Source: Octopus sinensis | Taxonomy: Eukaryota | Reading direction: 5' to 3' | Assembly: GCF_006345805.1 (NCBI RefSeq) | Contig: NC_042997.1 | Coordinates: forward strand, 160,890,001-160,954,000 | DNA length: 64,000 nucleotides | In this document: positions 13,106 through 26,689 of the stretch, in pieces | How the letters are laid out: every line of letters begins with the position of its first letter | Numbering within the stretch: the stretch's first letter is position 1 | Made by a program: the position numbers and the translations under genes | Notes under the pieces: model-generated | Databases searched by the model: none | What the model was told of the DNA's origin: nothing | What the model saw: the letters and a program-made list of their open reading frames with translations, nothing else

Positions 13106-14204
13106 AAGTATATATCTTCATTTTATAGGATATCAAAAATAAAATAACAGACGCAAAAAAGAAACGAACACGCAATATAGCGAGAAAAGTATTTAAAATA
13201 ACCGTTAACGGATAGAGATGTATAAACGGCCTCGCGCAAGCTGGATGGCGCATGTAAACTCACTCATACAAGCATCCACGAAGATGTAAGCATACTCACA
13301 CTTGTGGTTTGGTGCACACACGTTTACATAGCGAGTTAAATATCTAGTTGGTGTTTATAAGAATGGGGAGGTTAAAACTAAACTTATTTCATCTATACCT
13401 TAATGTAAATTATGTTAACAGTTACTCAAATTCATTTCCACTGCATTGTGCGTAAGTACATTTATATGCATGTAGGCATCTCGAGAGTCTCTCAGAAATT
13501 CTATTAATGATCTTTTCATTTGTTCACAGAATAGACAGGGATTCCTCTGCATAGAGTCCGCATCTCCTGGAAATGATATTATATGCTTTTGCGTGCCTTA
13601 CGAGGGACTAAGTTATGTTATACTTATTTTTATCTTCCTTCAATCGCCAAATCTTTAATTCATACGCTACAAATTATCATGATATCTGGGACTATATAAA
13701 CTGCAAAACCTTATTAAGACTTAAAGAATGATCGTTAAAATAAGAAACTATTCTTCACAACCTTGCTACAAACAAGGTTGTCGGTCAAAATTTACTCTAA
13801 AATTAAAATGAGAAAGTGAACATACACACACACGCACACACATAATACATACATACATACATACATTCATACAAACATACATACATACATCCATATATAC
13901 ATACATTCATACATACATACATACATACATACATACATACATACATGCATACATGCATACATGCACATACACACTCATACGAATATACACCCTACTGCTT
14001 ACCTTATGAAATCTCTCACATGATTAAACTCCTCAACCGTACCTTATTAAGCAATCGCAGAAAAACTATCATTAGAGGAGACTGCAAAGCAATTAACGTC
14101 TCCTGCTTTCCAAATAGTAAGGATAACAAAGAAACAACTTAAAAGCATCACAACTAAAATCTATTTGCATCTTAAATATTCTATATCAAGACACACACAC
14201 ACAC

Positions 14205-14267
<63 letters not shown>

Positions 14268-15559
14268 ACATACATGTGCACGCCCACGCATACACACACA
14301 TACTTACACACAAGTGTCATGTTATAAACGAATCTACATAGCTCTCCTGCCACTCGAATCTATGGGCAGAAATAGACCGAGCAATAGAGACATTATACAC
14401 CCAAATTGTGACACTGTACTGTATATGATTCATCGCTACATGTCAGTATATGCAGCACAGATCTCAGCTAGATGGAGACGTGGTACATGTATGAAGATTA
14501 GAATGTTACGCAGGTCCCGTCGTTCAATCGTGTACATCCATGCTATACGAGGTAGAACTGCACGGACAGGGTGACCCGAGGATAAACAACAACGACAACA
14601 ACAACAACAACGACAACAACAACAAAACAAGTAAACTACAACTTATTGGATGCTCTTCTTACCACCCACAGACGATCCTCTGAACTCTTTTTACTAAACT
14701 TTCGAACCGCAGTGGCAATCTGTAAGAGGTTTCTGGGCTTTAAAATTAATATACTATCGTATTTCCTAGATTCCAGATACCAGGAATTCCTTTTGGTACA
14801 TGTATTTGCAAATGTTGATGGATACAAGATTTTTTCTTATTGGTTTAAAGAAGAGAGGCATACATCTCTTATGAGAAGCTTTTCCATTGCATTTTTGCAA
14901 ACCATTTATTATATTTACCTTAAAAAATGCCCAGACGTTCTACCAATCACTTGAAACTACCAATTACAAAATTACCACAAAAATTGGTCTCTTGTGCATA
15001 TGGAAGAACGGATCTAGCGTTACACAAGTGTAACATTATAATAGTTACTCTGCTAAATAAAGTGAAGGTAATGGTGACCACAACAGCGAGGATAATAATA
15101 ATGACAAGGGTCGTGCAAAAGTATCCGAAAAATAAGAGTACTTCCTTGATGGTTGTTCATGATCAAGCTCTTATTAAAGACTGGTTGATGGAGAGCGTCT
15201 ACCACCTTGACGATTCTAACCGATGTCGACTCTGTTTAAAGAACTGATATAAACCGCCGAGATTGCGCTGTTGGTTCAACGATATGATCGAACTTGTCCC
15301 TTATTGAATACGGAATAAAAAGGCATTAGAAAATATCCTGTCTTTTGATCACTATTTTATACAAAAAAATTACTTTAAAAATTTACTAATAGACGGAATC
15401 GTCTACAGCTATTTATGAAAAGCCTCCAATCATCTGGTTGATAATCTAGTATTCCTATTTGAAAAACAATTTCTAGAGATGTAATAACTTTAAGTTTTAT
15501 ATCTTGGTTGCTATAAGGAAGAAATTCCTCCACTCTTGTTTGATAAGATGTTATTTTAA

Positions 15560-16110
15560 CTTTATGATTTAGTCAATTCATTTTCTTATATTTTCTTAGC
15601 CTGAATGCTAAAAGATCACATTCTTGCTTTGACAGGCTGAGATTGCGCATGAAACCATTGGAATCCTTGTTGGAAAATTCCTGATGTGTTAAAAAAGTTC
15701 TTCAAAATCGATTCTCACTGTTGCTTCTTATACTACACTCCGAATCCTGATTTTCTTCAAAATTCGACCATAAAATGTCAGAGAGTGAAATTTGCACAGT
15801 TATGGAAATTTGCTTGCAGTATATAACCTATTACATTACTGATTCCTAAACAAGTTACTCCCAAATATGCTTTGTGTGACCACTGAACCATAACACATTC
15901 GCAATACATGAATAATACCTGTGGTGATTTGTTGGGTAGGAGTCTTGAGATACCATAAGCAAACCAAAGCTCAAACTTTTCATTCTCCATTTTACCATTT
16001 TTGTGTGTACAATATACATTATTTTTGATTTGAAAGCTTAATGAAGGGCCAGAGACAATCTTGCACATCAATTTTTATCCCAAAACAAGCAAATATTATT
16101 ATTTTTGAAT
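15560..16110 (-). mobile_element. Degenerate Chapaev-like (CMC) DNA transposase remnant
   Basis: ACFGIKIDVQDCLWP ~ YFGxKLGDQDKxWAP; SLSFGLLMV..PTNHH..Y.CIANV ~ SLPFGxPMVWREPTNHxDDCYFC; GFMRNLSLSKQECDLLAFRL ~ DLVRDLxLSKxxAELLGSRL. Confidence 0.65.
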
Positions 16111-16541
16111 TTGCAAAATGTATTTGTCACAAATATAACAGAAAGCATTAGATTTATTTAAGAAACTTCTATTTGATGCAATCATCTAAACTGCAATACT
16201 GGAGGAAATGCGATAAAAGTAATGCTTCTGCATTTCTTATCAACTACTGGATTAAACAGAATAAAATCATTCTATTAGGGTATCAAAAACCCGCGAAGCT
16301 AGAGTCAATTTGATAAACCTGGTGCCATCTCTAGATTTAGTACCTACAAAATATCTTGAAATCATTCAAATATTTTTAGTGAGTGTTGAGCGGTGTTATT
16401 TTCAATAATATTTCATTTTTACACTTAAAATTTGAGCTTCCTAAAACACTATAAGAACATTAATGCAGCACTTCATTTTCATTCATAGTTCTTGTTCATG
16501 TCCTAATTTTTCTCTGAGAAAGATGTTGCTCGGTTATATAT

Positions 16542-16927
16542 TGTGTGGTAAGTAGCTTGCTTACCAAGCAGACGGTTACGGGTTCAGTCCCACTGCGCGG
16601 CACAACGAGCAAGTGTCTTCTACTATAACCTCGGGCCGGCCAAAGCCTTCTGAGTGGATTTGGTAGACGGAAACTGAAAGAAGCCCGTCGTATATATATG
16701 CGTGTGTGTATGTTTGTGTGTTTGTCCGCACCCCACAACATCAGTTGACAATTGATGTTAATGTGTTTACGTCCCCGACACTTAGCGGTTCGGCAAAAGA
16801 GACCGATAAAATAAGTACTAGGCTTACAAAGAATAAGTCCTGAGGGTCGATTTGCTCAAATGAAAGCGGTGTTCTAACGTGGCTGCATTCAACTGACTGA
16901 AACAAATAAAACAGTAAAAGAATAAAA
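16542..16927 (+). mobile_element. SINE family B (tRNA-derived head, internal microsatellite)
   Basis: TGTGTGGTAAGTAGCTTGC..GGTTCAGTCCCACTGCG..GGTAGACGGAAACTGAAAGAAGCCCGTCG..GCGGTTCGGCAAAAGAGACCGATA; matches 32455-32858. Confidence 0.9.
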
Positions 16928-18015
16928 AATGTTTTGAATAATTTATTTCATATTTTTATAATGTACTAATAGTACAGATATGCAGAGAAATAGGTTCATT
17001 TCTTTCTTAAGAGATTTGCAACAGATCCTCCGAGAATCAAACCAGATAGCTAATTTTCACTGAGAGCCTACATGTGATTTGACGACGGGTTAGACATATT
17101 TTCCAAATCTTCTTTGACCTATACACTACCGTTTTGAAAAATATATGTAATAGGAAATAATGTAGCTCCAAATACTCTGTATTTGAAAATTAATATAAGA
17201 TAAACGATAACTATATACTTAAAAAATGAAACGGGATAGTTTAGATATTTTCCAAACAGGTAATATTGGATCAATATACTGATTTTCTACATCGATTATT
17301 CAATATTGTATATATGATAGGTGATTGTTTCAGTTCTATTTCAGCAATCCAGTGAATATATGCTTCACCGATTACATCTAATAAAACCTTTGTATGTAAG
17401 TAATGTATCCAGAGTGTGTTGGAATAATTAAACTAGCATTATTCGCTGACTAATATTATATTGTCCATACTGCATAATTATTTAGAATTCGCTTTTAATA
17501 TCTCAATACTTACGTATCTGACTAGTTGGAAAAATTAATCTCTGGTAAATATGGGCCAATCCGGAGGTTGCTACATGGTTAATCTCTCTCTTTGAAGCAT
17601 CAGCTAAATCTTCCTCAAACCACAGCCTACTGTCTTAAGAAAAGAACGCATTGATCATTTAATCTGGGATACCATATAACGGAACAAATCATCAGAATGG
17701 TTCTTGCTAGAATGCGTTTGATCATAGGGTTCCGTAGTCGGGGGCGGCGTGGGGCAATGTCAAGCAATGTGAAGGTGACTCAGTCACCTTATAGTATTTC
17801 ATAAACTATAGAATACATTATGTATTGTTGACCCGGATAAACCATATCTAGAAAAAATAACATGAAATATGAGATTAAGCAAGCAACATCTCAGACACTT
17901 TGACAAAGAAGGGAGTTAACAATGTTTTATACATTTAATTCAAACAACATACATTCCTTCCTAGGTACTACTACCCTTCATTTCAATTTTAAATTGCCAT
18001 AAACCGGTGCATTCA

Positions 18016-18300
18016 TCTATATATATAAAACTGAGAATGTGTGTGTTCATCACCAAAATTCAAGAACTACCCAGCCAATTTCATTCAAATTTTACACATG
18101 CCTTACTTAGGGTCCATGCAGTGTCATGGGCGAAGATATTTTCAACTTCTTGGCTAATGCGAGCCCGGAGTAATCACTTCTCTTTCATATTATTTCAGTA
18201 TTATGTGACAAAAGTGAAAACATAACAACTCTATTGTGATGTGAAATAATACTTTCAGTTTTAATACTCCCTCTATTAAAACTGAAACTATTATCTCACT
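18016..18300 (+). mobile_element. Helitron-like non-autonomous element, 5' end
   Basis: A|TCTATATATATAAAACTGAGAATGTGTGTG start, same style as the complete element at 38619-39012; no local CTAG end. Confidence 0.55.
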
Positions 18301-18518
18301 TATATATAAATATATAAACATGCATGCACATACACAAGTATATATACATTATATTATACATATATATATATATATATATATAGATCAATAAATGGTGGGT
18401 TGTGTTGACCGCACGTGAGAAATGATAAGTAAGGAAAAATTCTTTTAAAAAGCAGAATGCTCAAATGAAAGAAAATTTTAATAAAATGAGAAAATGATAA
18501 AATATATAAATATATATT

Positions 18519-18558
18519 TATTCAACCGTTTTCGTCATTGTATGACTTGTCAAGAATA
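18519..18558 (-). ncRNA. Minimal type-I hammerhead-like motif (U3-A8 core variant), left repeat
   Basis: TATTC-TTGACAA-GTCAT-ACA-ATGAC-GAAA-ACGG-TT-GAATA on the minus strand; stem III imperfect. Confidence 0.5.
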
Positions 18559-21500
18559 TTTATGTTTTAAGAAGTTATTTTAAAAATTAGAAAGGGGAAA
18601 AAAAGAAAATTGCATTTTTTTTGTAAAAGAATAATGATAAAAATGTACAAAAATTAAAAATAAGTTCTCCGATACATTGTGAGTTCGTTGTGTATCTTGA
18701 GTTTTATGGTTGTTTACCAAAAATTACCTTGAGGTGTTAAGATCCAAAGGGATTAAGAGCATGTGATGTGTTGTGTTGTTAAATTCAGCATGTTGCAGGA
18801 CAGGAAGTAGTAGTAATTGTGGTCCTGGTTCTTCAGTTCCTGTTTTGTGGGTAAGGGGAGACAACTCTTTTGAGTTCTTCAATAAAACCCAAATTATAAA
18901 ACTATCATTTTAGCTTCATTTGCATTATCTTTTTTATATAATTGCTTGTTAACTTAACTTTCAGATTTTAACTTTATTTATATTATTTTCTAATAATATA
19001 AATCTGCATAGACAATTGCATTTCAAATTGTCATATCATTTATAATAAAAATGATAGTAATAACAACAATAGTAAAAATGATATTTAAAGAATATAAGTT
19101 TTAGCTTGAAGTGATGAATGCATGGTATCTTTATATATTTGTGTTAGTTCATCCATGAAGAGTGAGGTAGAGAAAGGAAGTTTGATCAACGAGGAGTTTG
19201 CATATTAAGTTGTGTTTGGAATTTTTCAATAAAGAGATTCTCCTTGTTAATTCTCTCCTGTGTGGTGATCCCGTCTTTACATTGGTAGAAGGGGAATATA
19301 TAGAATTTGGGGTTTAAGTCTTTAGCACATGAGTCTAAGTGGTCACTCAGTGGAATTTGTCGGTATTCCGGGAGATTTATTTGTTCTTTATGCACCGTTA
19401 CTCGTTTACGTAACGGGAGACTCGTTTGTCCAACATAATTATGTTGGCAACCAGCGCATGTGAGAACGTAGATAAGGTTCTCGGAGGAACAGAAGTTAGT
19501 CTTGATTTTAAACTTCGTACCTTGTTTGAAGGTAATTCAGAGCCTTCAAGTAGAAAGGGCAGGTACCACAGTTTGAGCGTGCACATTTTTTTACTGTTGG
19601 GGGTGGATGTGGTGTGTGAAGTTTGGCATTTGTCAAGAGTTTTTTTAAAGATTTGTGTTGCCTTTTGCATTTGAGGATTTTGTGTGTATTTATAATGTTT
19701 TTCATTTTTGGGTCTGTTGACAGTAGACTGAGGTTTTGTATGATTGTGGTGTATGCTTCGATATTTTTGGGGTTGTGGGTGGAAATGTATGGAAGTATTT
19801 TGAGTTGTGTGTGGTGTTAGGTTGGGTGGTTTTCAGTGTAGTGTTGTCTAGTTCTTTGGCGCGTTTTATTCCATACTCTATAAGGTGGAGGGATATTGAC
19901 GTTGTAATAGTGTTTTTTTGAGGTCTTGAAGGCGTATTTCTCGTGTTTTTGGATCCGAGACAATGGTGCATACCCTTTTAGCTAAATTGAAAGGATATTT
20001 GTCTTGGTTTGTTTTGGGTGGCATGAACTAAAGAGGAGGTATTGTTGTGAGTCTGTAGGTTTGTGGTAGATGTCTGTTATGATTTGGTTCTTAGGTGTTT
20101 TTATAATTAGGAGATCAAGGAATGGGAGATGATGTTTGCTTAATTCCATAGTGAATTGGATGTTGGGATGTATGTTGTTTAGTATGGTTTTGAATTCCAG
20201 GAGTTTTTCATAAGGTTCTTTCCATATGATGAAACAATCATCTAAATACCTTTCCAGTTTTCCATTAGGTAGGTGTGGAAAACATGTCCAAATTTCTGGC
20301 TTGATATTTCATAGAGTGACAGTTCGAAGTAACCCATTATGAGGTTCGCAAGGACTGGTGCAGCCTTGGTACCCATCGCAATGCCACATTTTTGACGGTA
20401 GTGTGTGTCGTCGAAGAGAAAAAAATTGTTTGTCAGAATGAACTTAAGAGATTCTGTAATAAAAGACTTGTTAATGCGGTCAGGGAATGTCTCTGGGTGT
20501 TTTTCTAGCCAGAAGTCAATTGCCTCTATACCATACTCGTGTGGAATGTTGGTGTAGAGGTTGATGACATCAAAGGATACCAGGAGTGCCTCCTCGTTAA
20601 CTGTTTTCGGGAGGTGTTTGAGCATGTCCAGATCATCCCTAATGAAACTTTTGATGTGGGTAAGGAAAGGTTTCAAAAGGATGTCTAGGAAGTTACTCAG
20701 GCGGTGTGTTTCACAGGAGGTACCAGCCACGATGGGCCTTAGTTTTAGGTCCTCCGGTGCTTTGATGTTGATGTGGATGTCAGTGTGAGAGTTTGCAGGC
20801 TTCGGTGATGTATTTGTTTTTATGGATTTTAGGAAGGCCATAAAAAAGGCTGGGCTTGCATTTGAAAATGGTGATATAATCCCTTTCTTTTTCTGTGAGT
20901 CCTGACCGTGTTGGCGTATGAGTGTGGTGAGGTTTCTGATTGTTTTTTGCTGTTTGTAGTTGTTAATAACCTCATAGAAAATGTTATTGTTAAGCATGGA
21001 GAACACTAGGTGTTTATAAAATTCCGTGTCCATAAGGACCACAGCACTCCCTTTGTCCGCTTCTTTGATGGTGATTTTTTATCCAGTTGTATGTCACGTA
21101 GGTTTTCCCATTCTTCCTTACTGAAATTGGATTTTACCTTGGTTTTGCTTGGGGTAAAGGGGAGACTCTGGATGTGTTTACAGAAATCGTCCAGTGTTTT
21201 ATTTCTCCCTTTTGGTGGTAGGAAGTTGCTTTTATTTCTGATCAATGAATCGTCCCCATTGTTGATATCTGTCAAAGCTTCTGTTAGGCGAAGTTTTCTG
21301 CAGAATTCAGAAACGTCATCCTTGACCTCCGGGTGTTCTTGGGGTGGGTGTGAATTTCAAACCTCTTGCTAGGATGTTAATTTGGGTTAGTGTCAGTGTT
21401 TTGCTGGAGAGGTTTATAATTTTTGTTTTCTTATTTTGGGTCTGTGTTAGCGGTGGTGTTTGTATTTTTCCCCTCTGTCTAAAAAATGGTTGTTGAGGTA

Positions 21501-22193
21501 AGGTGTATTCTTTGTTAAAGTTCTGGTTGTATGTGTAGGAGTGTTTTTTGGGTGGGGAGGTTGGAGGGAGGTAGGTAGTTGTCGTATTTGTGTTGGTATG
21601 GGATGCGATGGTGTAAGGATTTGTGAGAAATGCGATGGTTTGTGGGGTGTGTGACTGGTAGATTGTATGGGGGGATGTAGGGGGGGTATGTAGTTTGTGG
21701 TGATTGGGTTCGGTGTGGGATGTGAGGGTTTGTCTATGCAGATTTATATTATTAGAAAATAATATAAATAAAGTGTTAAAATCTGAAAGTTAAGTAACAA
21801 GCAATTAATATAAAAAAGATAATGCAAATGAAGCTAAAATGATAGTTTTTATAATTTGGGTTTTATTGAAGAACTCAAAAGAGTTGTCTCCCCTTACCCA
21901 CAACACAGGAACTGAAGAACCAGGACCACAATTACTACTACTTCCTGTCCTGCAACATGCTGAATTTAAACAACACAACACCTCACATGCTTTAATCCCT
22001 TTGGATCTTAACACCTCAAGGTAATTTTTTTGGTAAACAACCATAAAACTCAAGATACACAACGAACTCACAATGTATCGGAGAACTTATTTTTTAATTT
22101 TTGTACATTTTTATCATTATTCTTTTACAAAAAACAATGCAATTTTCTTTTTTTCCCCTTTCTAATTTTTAAAATAACTTCTTAAAACATAAA

Positions 22194-22234
22194 TATTCTT
22201 GACAAGTCATACAATGACGAAAACCGGTTGAATA
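22194..22234 (+). ncRNA. Minimal type-I hammerhead-like motif (U3-A8 core variant), right repeat
   Basis: TATTC-TTGACAA-GTCAT-ACA-ATGAC-GAAA-ACCGG-TT-GAATA: stem I TATTC/GAATA, stem II 5 bp closed by G-C, palindromic stem III; AATAAA follows. Confidence 0.55.
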
Positions 22235-22348
22235 AATATATATTTATATATTTTATCATTTTCTCATTTTATTTAAATTTTTCTTTCATTTGAGCATTCT
22301 GCTTTTTTAAAAATATTTTTCCTTACTATATATATATAATATATATAT

Positions 22349-24270
22349 ACTTTACTTTGATACTTTGATAGGTTTCGGCCATTATTGGCCAGGCCATGTC
22401 TAACTTAATACACCACCTGGTGAAGTCTTTCAAGTCAGAATTTGGGCACTATGGCCCACTCAAGTAGAGAGTTATTGTTTACAGAGACATATCCGGGTGT
22501 AGGGGGTTTATATCCGGGATTTCTTGAAGGAATCTGTCCAAGACTTTCTTGAACCCTATAGGGTCAGTTTCAGTTTTAATGTTAAAGAGAGCGGGGCCAA
22601 TTGAGGTGAAATAATTGTGCCGTATTGTTGTTATGAGATGAGTGCGATTTTTGTTTTTGGCGGATGGACACGGGCCCAAGCCTTGGATGTACCTTAAAGG
22701 TGATGCCAACATCATTTGGGCAATGCTGATGAATATTTTCCACATCATGCAGATGATGTAGCGCTCACGACGACGTTGGAGAGAATAGAGTTTTAGCTTT
22801 TCTAGTCGACCCCAATAGTCGAGGCCTGTCTATGCCATCTATCTTTTTTGTGATTGCCCTTTGAGGTGCTTCAACTTTTATGATACCTTGTATTGTGTGG
22901 GGAAACCACAGTGTACAACAGTATTCAAGGTGGGGTCGGGCAAAAGTGGAGAAGAGAAGGATAATGGTGTGGATATCTCTCGACTGGAAAGTTCTGAGAA
23001 TCCAGGAACACATTCTGCGGGCCATGTCAACTTTGGTGTTTATAGAGTAGCCCAGCTTATGTTGTTGTCCACAATTACTCCCAAGTCTCTGATGTTGTTG
23101 GACGCCGCGAGAGTTTCACCTGAAGGAAGGGAGTATGGGAGTTTCAGGGCATCCTCTTTTCCAAAGTGGATTAGCTCAAATTTATCCTCGTCAGCAGCAT
23201 ATTGTTTTTTTCTGCCATTGGATAACAGCCAGTAGATCTGACTGAAGGCATGTCCGGTCACTCGCCTCATTTATGACCTTCTGTAGCTTGGAGTCATCTG
23301 CAAAGATTTTTTATGTTGCTGTGCTTGATGATGTCATTAATGTCATTAATGTAAATGATGAAAAGAAGTGGGCCCAGCACTTACTGACTTTGGCCTGGCT
23401 TGATTTTACCCCTTCAACTACAACATGTTGAGATCTGTCTGTCAGGAAACACTTGATCCATTTCAGTAACTTTCCAGAGACACCAATGTTGGATAGTTTT
23501 TTCAATAGGATCTTGTGATCGACCTGTCGAAGGCCTTACTGAAATCAAGGTAGATGACATCGGTGTTGGAGCCCTCTCCCAAAGCTCTCAAATGTCCTCA
23601 AAGTGGTGCAGGAGCTGCGTTAGGCAGTCCCTTCCATTACGGAACCCATGTTGGTTGGAGATCAGCCGTCTGTTGCTTTCCAGAAATGGGTTATCGAGAT
23701 CTCACACCCTCTCAAATACCTTGATGATATGAGAGGTGAGTGAGATCGGACGGTAGTTCACTGCAAGGACTTGTTTCCCTTTTGAAAACTGGGACAACAG
23801 ACTGGGACAGAAGGTTTTTTGGAATATAGCCAGCATCCAGTGAGTTTCTCCACAGATTAGCAAGGGGAGATGCAAGTTGGTGTCGACACACTTCAGGACA
23901 CAAGCAGGGAACCTATCGGGGCCAACTGCTGAATTGTGTTTTATTTCGTTTATCGCCGCTAAGACATCAGGGGCACTAAACGTTATGTCCGATATTGTGT
24001 GTTGGGGGTTGACATCACTGATACAGCCCAGATCGGCCATATCAGAATTGCTGAAAACAGAGCAGTATTGTTTCAGCAGTATCTCGGCCATGGATTTGGC
24101 GTTATCTTGGAGAGTACCAGTTTCATCAATTAGAGGGCCAACAATGGAGACAGTGACCCTGCGTTTCCTCGCAAATGAAAAGAACACTTTGGGGTTGAGT
24201 TTGATTTTTTCAGTGGCCCACTTCTCCTCAGCTGATCTTTGGTTATTGATGAGGGTCTTCATGCATTGTT
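22349..24270 (-). mobile_element. CR1-like LINE, 5'-truncated, RT to 3' tail
   Basis: KLNPKVFFSF..NYRPISLTSHIIKVFERV..YLDFSKAFD..KIFADDSKL..RPHLEYCCTLWFPH; 3' hairpin followed by an (ATCAAAGT)2 tail. Confidence 0.93.
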
Positions 24271-24309
24271 GGAGGTTATATTTTTTGGATTATATACATA
24301 CATATATAT

Positions 24310-24385
24310 ACATATATGCATGTATATATGTGTTATATATATCTGCACATATACATGTATCAATCTATATATATATGTATTATAT

Positions 24386-24439
<54 letters not shown>

Positions 24440-24926
24440 GATATATAGATGTATGTGTACAGATGTATATGCATACATGCATATCTATATATATATATAT
24501 CTATATATATATATATAATATATATAGTTATATATTCAGAGAGAGAGAGATTTGTATATGTATATGCATATATATAGATTTAAATGTATATATATAATAT
24601 ATATATATAATATATATATACGTATGTATGTAAGAATATGTACGTATATATAAGTATATATACACTTGTTTTTTATATGTATAGATAGATATGTCTATGC
24701 ATGTATATAACTATATATATAAGTGTACATATATATGTATGTATGTATATATATATACATATATATGTACACATATATATAGTTATATGCATGCATAGAC
24801 ATATATATACATATACATGCAAGTATATATATACTTATATATACGTACATATACTTACATATATACGTATATAATACATTTAAATCTAAATATATGCATA
24901 TATGCATATATATATATGTATATATG

Positions 24927-24975
<49 letters not shown>

Positions 24976-25073
24976 TACACATCTATGTATATATACATCT
25001 ATACATATGCATGTATGCATATACATCTATACATTATACATCTATATATCTACATATATTTATATATATAATA

Positions 25074-25117
<44 letters not shown>

Positions 25118-25150
25118 GTGCAGATGTATATACATATATACATGCATATA
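24310..25150. repeat. AT-rich low-complexity block forming a diverged ~840-bp palindrome
   Basis: Mirrored words: ATCTGCACATATAC/GTATATGTGCAGAT, GTAGATATATAGATG/CATCTATATATCTAC, AGATTTAAATGTA/TACATTTAAATCT, ATGTCTATGCATG/CATGCATAGACAT. Confidence 0.8.
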
Positions 25151-26283
25151 TATAGATAGATATATGCATATATAAAATGAGTCAAAAGATAGAGGGTGTA
25201 CGATTCTATAGATGTTTAATGACCACTGCACATGCTTCGATACAACATAGATCCACATATATAGAGGATTTTATTTTTAATTAAGTAACAACTTAACCGT
25301 ATAATAGGACTTACTTGCATACCCTCAGGTGATATATATAATCGCTGTCTCCCTAAATATATGTTTGCTTTCGATGCTATCACATCCAACTGGCTCCTTT
25401 GAATCTAGCAAATGCTGACAGTTTCAATCAGCTCGGTGTGAGTGTGCCTCTACACGCTCGATATGAGTCACATTGTGTACATGACATGTTTACTTTGTTT
25501 TACATGCTAGGCTGCTGATACTAAATTTTATTACTTCGCAAATACACTCACAGATATGTTCATGCTTATACAACCACTCACACACAGATATACCACTACA
25601 AATCTGGGCATCTCCATACATACAAATATACAAACACACACACTCGCGTACACACACACATGCACAACACACATACACACACATATATAATATATATGTA
25701 CATATATACAGATGCACACCCACACACATACACGCACATGCAGACGCATACTGATCAACAAACACGTTTACACCCATACATAGCCGCACATACATTTATC
25801 TACTCATATTCATGTACATAGTTATATCGATGGACACTCCGTCATAAATACACACACTCCTATACAGGCGTGAAGACGTGAAAGGGTGGGTTTAGTGAAA
25901 TAGAATAATAATGAGAATTTTTTATACTCTGTTCTATATGCAAAATCCGTATTTGGCGCGGTGGTTACACCTTGGAATTTTCTCATCATGTTTGTTTACC
26001 CGATGTTCATTACTCAACAGTATAGTCAATGCTTCCTCTTGTTGAGGCAAGATAACATGTTGTTCCACTGAGGTGCAATGTGCTATGCGCAAAACCCCTG
26101 TAAATGATATGAAACATTCCCACTTGACTCCTAGGATACGTCAGAGTCACTTTTGATGAAATCTTTCCAGCATTATAATGTGAAGCTGGTAAATGGTCTA
26201 TGTCTCAGTCGAATAAAGAAGTGCTGACAATACACACGCTTTATACACTCTGATATTTGTCTGCAAGGAAATACCTCTATCAG

Positions 26284-26286
<3 letters not shown>

Positions 26287-26324
<38 letters not shown>

Positions 26325-26524
26325 ATATATATATATGTATGTGTGTGTGTGTGTGTCTGTGTGTGTGTGTGTCTGTGTGTGTGTGTGTCTGTGTGTGTGT
26401 ATGTGGATATATATTACATATGTATATAAATATATATACAAATATATATGTATACATATATATATATATATATGTATACATGTATATATATATATATATA
26501 TGTATGCATATATATATATATGTA

Positions 26525-26592
<68 letters not shown>

Positions 26593-26605
26593 TATGTGTG
26601 TGTAT
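26287..26605. repeat. (TA)n/(GT)n compound microsatellite
   Basis: Direct reading. Confidence 0.97.
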
Positions 26606-26689
26606 AAAAAAGGAAAGAAATGAAGTATTAATAAACAATGAGAAGTTGATCATGGGTATTAAAAGGTCATAATTTGATTGTAGTTCAGA

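Larger units (their letters stand above)
18428..22327 (-). mobile_element. Penelope-like element with about 590-bp inverted terminal repeats (RT plus GIY-YIG, frameshifted)
   Basis: Inverted repeats at 18428-19015 and 21730-22327. RT: LRPIVAG..LLVSFDVINLYTNIPH..YRQKCGIAMGTKAAPVLANLIMGYFE..YLDDC. Cys-rich linker CARSNCGTCPF, then GIY-YIG-like ..LTCAGCQHNYVGQT..HKEQI..LSDHL. Confidence 0.95.

Noticed and set aside
13530-13610. Possible small exon after TTCATTTGTTCACAG
   Set aside because: No convincing donor, homology or partner exons.
14636-15247. ORFs of 63-106 aa in unique-looking sequence
   Set aside because: No motif or splice support; consistent with chance.
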